A DNA stretch of 63,149 bases from contig CAZJGC010000001.1 of assembly GCA_964545795.1 (NCBI GenBank), positions 72,585-135,733 of the forward strand, in the 5' to 3' direction. Below the pieces are notes generated by a model. That model did not search any database and was not told where the DNA came from. It was given only the letters and a program-made list of their open reading frames with translations. Each line of letters opens with the position of its first letter. Positions within the stretch are counted from its first letter, which is position 1. This DNA comes from an uncultured archaeon (GTDB lineage: Archaea > Aenigmatarchaeota > Aenigmatarchaeia > Aenigmatarchaeales > DAIDAN01). Positions 57,631 through 63,149 of this stretch are shown here, one piece after another. The translations under genes and the position numbers were made by a program.

Positions 57631-57728
57631 TTCGGCAGAAACAGTTTAAAACTTTGTCGGCAAACAAAGTTTTAATAAAACAAACTTCGGCAAAAGTTTG
57701 TTTTAAATTTCGGCAAACTTCGGCAAAA
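57631..57728 (+). promoter_or_regulatory. Array of five T(T/G)(T/C)CGGCA(A/G)A motifs plus an 11-bp perfect palindrome upstream of ftsZ
   Basis: Copies begin at 57631, 57655, 57686, 57709 and 57719. AAAACAAACTT/AAGTTTGTTTT arms flank the third copy. Confidence 0.4.
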
Positions 57729-57864
57729 CAAACATTGATAGTGTTTTTTCTGTGTTATTATTCTGAATAGTCTTCTTCTTGTATTAAGTAAATGCACATT
57801 CGGCTATAAAAGCATTTTGATTTCAAAAAATATAGTTTAAAAAATATAAAAGGAGGTTGTAAAT

Positions 57865-58989
57865 ATGGAGTCTTTCCTTAGTTCGCTAAACAAAAAAGTT
57901 CCTGCATCTGTAGGCACGCAAGCAAGAATTGAACAGAATGGAAATGTAGACTGGGAATCAAAAGTTTCAGAAGAATTTAACATTGATATGCACAAAGCAA
58001 AAATAATGGTTATAGGATGCGGAGGAGGAGGCAACAATACTGTAAGCAGACTAAAAGAAATGGGCATAAAAGGAGCTGAAATAGTTGCTCTTAACACAGA
58101 TGCAAAGCATCTTTCAATAACAAAAGCTGACAGAAAACTTTTGATAGGCAAGGAAACTACGCGAGGCCTTGGCGCAGGAGGTTATCCTGAAATTGGAAGA
58201 AAATGCGCAGAAGAACAGAGAAACGAAATAAAACAACTGCTTGAAGGCGTAGACCTTTTGTTTGTAACAGCAGGCATGGGAGGAGGAACAGGAACAGGTT
58301 CTGCGCCTGTGGTTGCAGAAATAGCAAAATCAATGGGAGCTATAGTAGTAGGAGCAGTTACAATGCCATTCAAAATGGAAGGCACAAGAATGCAGAAAGC
58401 CGAAGACGGCATAGCAAAACTAAGACAGGTTACAGACACTGTTGTAGTAATAGAGAACCAAAAACTTCTTGAATATGCAGGAGGGCTTCCTATATCGCAG
58501 GCATTTGCATTGGCTGACGAGCTTATATCAACAATGATAAAGGGAATTACAGAAACAATAACAGTGCCATCTCTTGTAAACCTTGACTTTGCTGACGTAA
58601 AAACAATAATGAGATGCGGCGGACTTTCAGCTATATGCGTGGGCGAATCTGACAGCCAGAACAAAATAAAGGATGCAGTTACAAAGGCATTGAACCATCC
58701 GCTTCTTGAAGTTGACTTCGCAGGAGCAATGGGAGCGCTGATACATGTAATATGCGGAAATGACTGCACATTGTCAGAGATAAACGAAGCAGGAGAAATG
58801 ATAGCCAAGAGATTGAATCCAGAAGCCCAGATAATATGGGGAGCCAGAGTTGTGCCTGAATTTACAGGAAAAGTAGAAGTAATAGCAATAATAACAGGCG
58901 TGAAAAGCCCATATCTGCTTGGGCCTGTAACAAGAGAAGAGAATTTAAAAGCAACAGAAAACGAACTTGGAATTCCTGTAATAAGATAG
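57865..58989 (+). CDS. ftsZ: Cell division GTPase FtsZ
   Basis: Contains GCGGGGNN and the tubulin signature GGGTGTG. Confidence 0.95.
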   Translation: MESFLSSLNKKVPASVGTQARIEQNGNVDWESKVSEEFNIDMHKAKIMVIGCGGGGNNTVSRLKEMGIKGAEIVALNTDAKHLSITKADRKLLIGKETTRGLGAGGYPEIGRKCAEEQRNEIKQLLEGVDLLFVTAGMGGGTGTGSAPVVAEIAKSMGAIVVGAVTMPFKMEGTRMQKAEDGIAKLRQVTDTVVVIENQKLLEYAGGLPISQAFALADELISTMIKGITETITVPSLVNLDFADVKTIMRCGGLSAICVGESDSQNKIKDAVTKALNHPLLEVDFAGAMGALIHVICGNDCTLSEINEAGEMIAKRLNPEAQIIWGARVVPEFTGKVEVIAIITGVKSPYLLGPVTREENLKATENELGIPVIR

Positions 58990-59000
58990 AATTTTTTAGG

Positions 59001-59077
59001 GAGCAGCCCTTACACAGGGTTGCTCTAATTCATATTCGCGCCAACCCATTTTTTTCTTTTTTTTTTATTTTTTTATA
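59001..59077 (+). terminator. Hairpin plus long T-tracts downstream of ftsZ
   Basis: GAGCAGCCCT-TACAC-AGGGTTGCTC is a 10-bp stem with one G:T pair. It is followed by T-runs at 59049-59077. Confidence 0.4.
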
Positions 59078-59153
59078 ATCTTCATTCAACTGCATTTGGC
59101 AATAGCAACTTCTTTCTGTAAAATGTTTGGCGGCTTTTGGAATTAAATATAAA

Positions 59154-59561
59154 CTAACCGAAGATTTCTTGCTTTGCTGTCCCGATATCTTTTTTTATTC
59201 CTTCATGGCTTTTGAAATCATTAATTTCCTCAGCATCTATCCATTTATATTCTGTATGTCCCCTGCTTAACGTTACATTACCTTCTTTATACCTGCAAAG
59301 AAAAGTTACACCAAATATTTGGGTTTTTCCAGAATTTTTATAAAATGTCCATACCCTTAACGGCTTTATAATATCAACATCTAATCCACATTCCTCTTTT
59401 ATTTCCCTTTTTAAGGCATCAACAGGTTTCTCTCCAAATTTTATGCCACCGCCAGGAATGTCCCATTCATTTTTGGAAACATCTTCATTATCGCTTCGTT
59501 TAAGTATTAGAAATTTGCCATCTCTTTCTATCACGGCTTTTAATGCAGGGTAAAGTTCCAT
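59154..59561 (-). CDS. NUDIX hydrolase
   Basis: Nudix box GGGIKFGEKPVDALKREIKEECGL. Confidence 0.85.
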   Translation of the reverse strand: MELYPALKAVIERDGKFLILKRSDNEDVSKNEWDIPGGGIKFGEKPVDALKREIKEECGLDVDIIKPLRVWTFYKNSGKTQIFGVTFLCRYKEGNVTLSRGHTEYKWIDAEEINDFKSHEGIKKDIGTAKQEIFG

Positions 59562-59600
59562 AATAAATAATTAAGTGCATGCAATATATAGTTTTGGATA

Positions 59601-60314
59601 TTATTTTTTTCCAATACTCCACATTAAATTAAAATAATTCATAAAAGATTTGGAAATTTCTTTGCTCTGTATATGTATTGCTATCGGATTCTCAGAAAAT
59701 ATTAAAATATTGACATTGTCATCATAAATTGCCAGAGATATTGGAGAACTGAACTTGTCGGAAACATATCTTGCTTCAGACAAAGGAACTTGCATATTTT
59801 TCTTTCTAAAACTTTCGCTGTAAATTATTTTTGAATATATCTTCATTTTCTCTTTCTGCCTCAAAAACTGCGGCATATAATATTTGAGAAAAGCGAAAAT
59901 CTTGCCTTCATTTGCCAAGACATAGAATGTTTTTCCGAGTTTCAGAATATTGTTTGACACTGTTTTCATTCCCTCAGTTCCTGTAAAAACCTGAATGTTC
60001 ACTTCTTTTTTGTTTTCTTTATATTTTTTCAATAGCTCAGGCAGCAGATTTTGCAGGTTTCTCTCCTTTTCTTTTATTATATCAACAAGCCTTTCAGGGT
60101 TTACAGCAACAAACCTTTTCTTGTTGTCTTTTACAACATAACTTACAAGTCCTTTATCAAGAAGTTTCTGCAATATTTCATAAATGCTTTTTCTTGAAAC
60201 ATGCGCTTTGCTCATAACTTCGGTTATTGAACTTTCACCTGAAATAAGCAAAGTAAGATAAACATCAACCTCTTTAGGCGTAAGCCCAATATCTTGCAGT
60301 ATTTTCTTATCCAT
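59601..60314 (-). CDS. TrmB-family transcriptional regulator
   Basis: N-terminal LQDIGLTPKEVDVYLTLLISGESSITEVMSKAHVSRKSIYEILQKLLDKGLV. Start trimmed to MDKKIL at 60314. Confidence 0.75.
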   Translation of the reverse strand: MDKKILQDIGLTPKEVDVYLTLLISGESSITEVMSKAHVSRKSIYEILQKLLDKGLVSYVVKDNKKRFVAVNPERLVDIIKEKERNLQNLLPELLKKYKENKKEVNIQVFTGTEGMKTVSNNILKLGKTFYVLANEGKIFAFLKYYMPQFLRQKEKMKIYSKIIYSESFRKKNMQVPLSEARYVSDKFSSPISLAIYDDNVNILIFSENPIAIHIQSKEISKSFMNYFNLMWSIGKK

Positions 60315-60321
60315 GTCAAAT

Positions 60322-60918
60322 TCAACCCTTCCACTTATTTCCAAAAACATCTTTATGGCAGACGTGCTCAAGAGAAAATCTCTCAGGCGCTTTTGGACGC
60401 TCAGCGCCATATCCAACAGTAATAACAGCGCAGGGGCGCAGATATTCGGGAGAATTCACAATTATTGAAATTTCGTGTTCTGAAAACGAGCCAACCCAGC
60501 ATGAATTCAAACCCAGAGATTCAGCAGCCAGAAGCATATTTTGTATTGCGGCGGCAGTGCTTTGTATGCCATATAACTTTTCGCCGCGGTCTCCATAACT
60601 CGCAGAAGCTATTCTCATATTTATGCATACAACAATAAAAACAGGGGCAGACCTCATCCACATCTGGCCGCATATTTCGGCTATTTTTTCCTGCAGGTCA
60701 TGCCTTGTTACAACAATAAATTCCCATGGCTGCCGGTTTCCGGCAGAAGGCGCATATGTTCCTGCCCTGATAATTTTTTCTATCAACTCATCAGAAACCG
60801 GCCTTTCAATGTATTTTCGCACAGAACGCCTTCCTTCTATTATACCCAAAAATTGTTCTGATTCTGGACAAGGGCTTCTCAACGACCTTAATTTTGAAAC
60901 TAATTTATCAATAAACAT
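60322..60918 (-). CDS. Nitroreductase family protein
   Basis: Contains RRSVRKY and APSAGNRQPWEFIVV. Confidence 0.85.
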   Translation of the reverse strand: MFIDKLVSKLRSLRSPCPESEQFLGIIEGRRSVRKYIERPVSDELIEKIIRAGTYAPSAGNRQPWEFIVVTRHDLQEKIAEICGQMWMRSAPVFIVVCINMRIASASYGDRGEKLYGIQSTAAAIQNMLLAAESLGLNSCWVGSFSEHEISIIVNSPEYLRPCAVITVGYGAERPKAPERFSLEHVCHKDVFGNKWKG

Positions 60919-60949
60919 AAATTTATTCTGGTTTTTTATGTATTAAAAT

Positions 60950-61327
60950 CTATTGATTAAAAAACTTCATAATGTCTCTTGTTATAAATTTGTTTCTCGC
61001 GGAATTCAGCGTGCCTGAAACTCCAATAACATTTACAATAACGCGCGAATCTCCTATTCTCTGCAGCATTGTTACTCCAGAGCGCACATGTTCAACAAAC
61101 ATGTGAGTGCATTTTATTATGCCTATGCGCTTCTCTTCATCATACGTATCCTTCATTATCCAGACCTTCGCTTTTGACATATTGGCATATCCAAGAATTT
61201 CAGAGATTGAATCCCACATGGCATTATAAAGGTCTGTAAATTTAATTTCACTCTCGGAAATTACATGATACACTAAATACCTGTTTCTTTCTCTCAAACT
61301 TGAAGGAATAAATTTTGGCTTATCCAT
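60950..61327 (-). CDS. rnp2: RNase P protein component 2 (Pop5/Rpp14)
   Basis: Contains PSSLRERNRYLVYHV...GIIKC...TLNSARNKF. Confidence 0.8.
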   Translation of the reverse strand: MDKPKFIPSSLRERNRYLVYHVISESEIKFTDLYNAMWDSISEILGYANMSKAKVWIMKDTYDEEKRIGIIKCTHMFVEHVRSGVTMLQRIGDSRVIVNVIGVSGTLNSARNKFITRDIMKFFNQ

Positions 61328-62059
61328 TTAATCAGCCACTTCAACTCCGTTGAAAACCACTTTCCCTGACAGCTTATCATAGTTTCTTTTTAAAGTATTT
61401 TCAGGAACTATTGAAATTGAATTGATTGCTGCGGAAAGTTCCATTCCTAATATGTTAGATATTGAAGCAAGAGCGCGCGGGTTTCTCATTTCCCATTTGC
61501 TTTCAGCTCCTGAACAGATTACCATGTTTGCACCCAACCTTTTGCAAAGCCTTATGTTTTCTGCTATTCTTGTCATAACAAATATTCTTGATTTTTTGTG
61601 CGATTGAAGCATTTCCTTGAAGTTAACCTCTATAAGCACGGAATTTTTGCTTGCCTGTTTTATGCAGTAGGCATCCAAGCCATTATCCTTTCTTTCAAAT
61701 TCGGGATGAGCCAGAATATCTACTTTTGGATTTTCGCACGCTGCCCTGTTTATCTTATAATCTCCGCCATAAACAACAACAATAGCAACTTTTTCTCTTA
61801 CAAGATTTACTATTCTGCGAAGCTCGGCAGGATTTTTTGCAACTATCTCAACTCCTGTCGCAACCTCAAAATCTTCATTTTCCTTCTTTAACTTGTTCAA
61901 AACTGATAAATTCTTCTTTAATTTTTCCATTCCGTTATAATGGTCGCATATTGCTATTCCGCTATATCCAAGTTTTTTTGCAAAATCTATTAACTCTTCA
62001 GGGGAAGACTCTCCTATAGACAAACTGCTGTTGACATGCAAATCATAATAATTGCTCAT
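61328..62059 (-). CDS. rnp3: RNase P protein component 3 (Rpp30, PHP-like barrel)
   Basis: YDLHV at the N-terminus. The size and the position directly upstream of Pop5 fit. Confidence 0.75.
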   Translation of the reverse strand: MSNYYDLHVNSSLSIGESSPEELIDFAKKLGYSGIAICDHYNGMEKLKKNLSVLNKLKKENEDFEVATGVEIVAKNPAELRRIVNLVREKVAIVVVYGGDYKINRAACENPKVDILAHPEFERKDNGLDAYCIKQASKNSVLIEVNFKEMLQSHKKSRIFVMTRIAENIRLCKRLGANMVICSGAESKWEMRNPRALASISNILGMELSAAINSISIVPENTLKRNYDKLSGKVVFNGVEVAD

Positions 62060-62194
62060 AATAAAAATTGGTGCCGAAGAGTTAAAAAGATGCGTTTTTT
62101 GGGTTCTGATACTATAAAGTTATAAAAAATTTACCTTAACCCTTTTTAGGTGATTATGCGAACAAAAAGTAAGGGTAATGGGTGTTGTCCGAAA

Positions 62195-62972
62195 TTGGGC
62201 GGCGGCTTAGAAAGATTTATTAAAAGATTTTAATTACATATTACATTATGAAGAAACTTCAATCTGTTTTAGATAAGTTAGAAAAATGTTGTAATCCAGT
62301 CTCAATATTTTTATATGGATCAAGAGCAAGAACAGATTTCTTAAAAAGAAGTGATTTTGAAATAGGTGTGTTAATTCCAAAGAGAAGATATGTAGGTAGA
62401 AGTGAAATTAAAAAACTAATTAATGAAAAGGGATTTAATATCTATCCTTTTGAATATGAAGATTTTTTAAAATACAAAATAGATACTCCTTTTCAAAAAA
62501 CAATTTATCTGAGAGATTTAATTCTTAGTGGAAGAACCCTAAGAGGTAAAAAAGTAATTGAAAATATGAAACCCCCAGAAATAAGAGATCTTGATGTTAT
62601 TCAAAGAATTAGATTTGATTTAGGATTTGCTCTTGCTTCTATAATTTCATACAGAAACGATGACAAGATAACTGCTTCTTTAGAATTTTCAAAATCATGT
62701 CTATTTGGTACTAGATGTTTGGAGATACTAAAACTAAAAAAGTTCCCGTTAACATATAATGAGATTTACAACCTTTCTAAAAATTTAAAACTGGGAGAAT
62801 ATCAAGCTCTAGTTAAAAATGCTTATAATTTGAGATTAGGAAAAATCAAACTTAAAGAAGAATATTTATTTAAAAATATATCTTTTCTTAATGAATTCAT
62901 TGAACCTAAACTAGTAATATATTTTGAAAGATACGGAAATAAAATTTTAATAAAATAATCGCCGCCGCCCAA
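62195..62972. repeat. 12-bp perfect inverted repeat TTGGGCGGCGGC / GCCGCCGCCCAA bracketing the NTase ORF
   Basis: Left arm 62195-62206, right arm 62961-62972. Both arms are the most GC-rich dodecamers in their neighbourhood. Confidence 0.85.
62248..62958 (+). CDS. Nucleotidyltransferase-domain protein (MNT-like N-terminus, helical C-terminal half)
   Basis: FLYGSRARTDFLKRSDFEIGVL shows the GS-x9-11-D-x-E/D pattern of minimal nucleotidyltransferases. Confidence 0.6.
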   Translation: MKKLQSVLDKLEKCCNPVSIFLYGSRARTDFLKRSDFEIGVLIPKRRYVGRSEIKKLINEKGFNIYPFEYEDFLKYKIDTPFQKTIYLRDLILSGRTLRGKKVIENMKPPEIRDLDVIQRIRFDLGFALASIISYRNDDKITASLEFSKSCLFGTRCLEILKLKKFPLTYNEIYNLSKNLKLGEYQALVKNAYNLRLGKIKLKEEYLFKNISFLNEFIEPKLVIYFERYGNKILIK

Positions 62973-63149
62973 CTCTCACTCGCTTCGCTCGTTCGGGTCT
63001 AACGACCTCGCACAACAGCCGTTAAAAGACTTCGCAACCTTGCAGGCTGCTCCGTCCAAATTTTTGGCTTCGCCAAAAACTTCGTTTAACGGCATATGTT
63101 ATGTGAAATAAAAATGGGTCGCGGGAGTGCCTTCGGCACAGATTGTCTC

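Larger units (their letters stand above)
62065..63149 (+). ncRNA. Candidate structured RNA with RNase P RNA-like motifs, interrupted by an ORF-bearing insertion; continues past the window end
   Basis: GUAAGGGUAAUGGGUG at 62169-62184 resembles the conserved GUAAGGGUGAAAGGGUG of RNase P RNA. AGGCUGCU lies at 63044-63051. A GUGCC-UUCG-GCAC hairpin followed by AGAUUGUCUC lies at 63127-63149. GUGCCGAAG (62071-62079) is complementary to CUUCGGCAC (63131-63139). Confidence 0.3.

Noticed and set aside
62195-62972. Interpreting the inverted-repeat-flanked NTase unit as an IS or MITE
   Set aside because: There is no transposase and no target-site duplication next to the 12-bp arms. Only one copy is visible in the window. 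It is kept as an alternative inside the RNase P RNA finding, not as a mobile-element call.

Overview
This is a visibly AT-rich archaeal chromosome segment. Its content points to a small-genome archaeon, possibly DPANN-like; that placement is an inference from gene content and short proteins, not a search result. Most of the window is housekeeping. It holds five aminoacyl-tRNA synthetases (class I LysRS, MetRS, ArgRS and IleRS, plus GatCA), TBP, aRF1 and MCM. It also holds RFC large subunit, FtsZ, ribosomal proteins L10e/L31e/L39e/L40e, RtcB with archease, prefoldin beta and Pcc1. Further genes include RNase P proteins Pop5 and Rpp30, GGPP synthase and DGGGP synthase, several tRNA-modification enzymes, and many small membrane proteins.

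The main observations are:
- All five tRNA genes I could fold by eye are interrupted, and four carry two introns each, several at non-canonical positions (D-arm, anticodon stem, T-stem/T-loop junction, T-loop).
- The two largest introns (143 nt in tRNA-Ala, about 146 nt in tRNA-Thr) share a twin-hairpin plus conserved-core architecture. They also share a 14-mer that recurs only in tRNA contexts.
- A perfect 2 x 333 bp tandem duplication carries a GC-enriched, helix-rich candidate ncRNA directly upstream of a tiny Lys/Arg-rich protein gene.
- GC-rich structured sequence next to the RNase P protein genes carries an RNase P RNA-like motif. It is split by a 12-bp perfect stem that encloses a nucleotidyltransferase ORF.
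- An accessory-looking region (about 28.6-37 kb) has a radical SAM/SPASM gene flanked by two HExxH proteins. It also has a tightly packed Roadblock-FIST-terpene-synthase-like operon.
- An extracytoplasmic Cys-rich/thioredoxin-fold cluster encodes two proteins that both end in MVGGC.

All calls rest on my own reading of motifs in the translations and manual RNA folding. No database search or covariance model was run.
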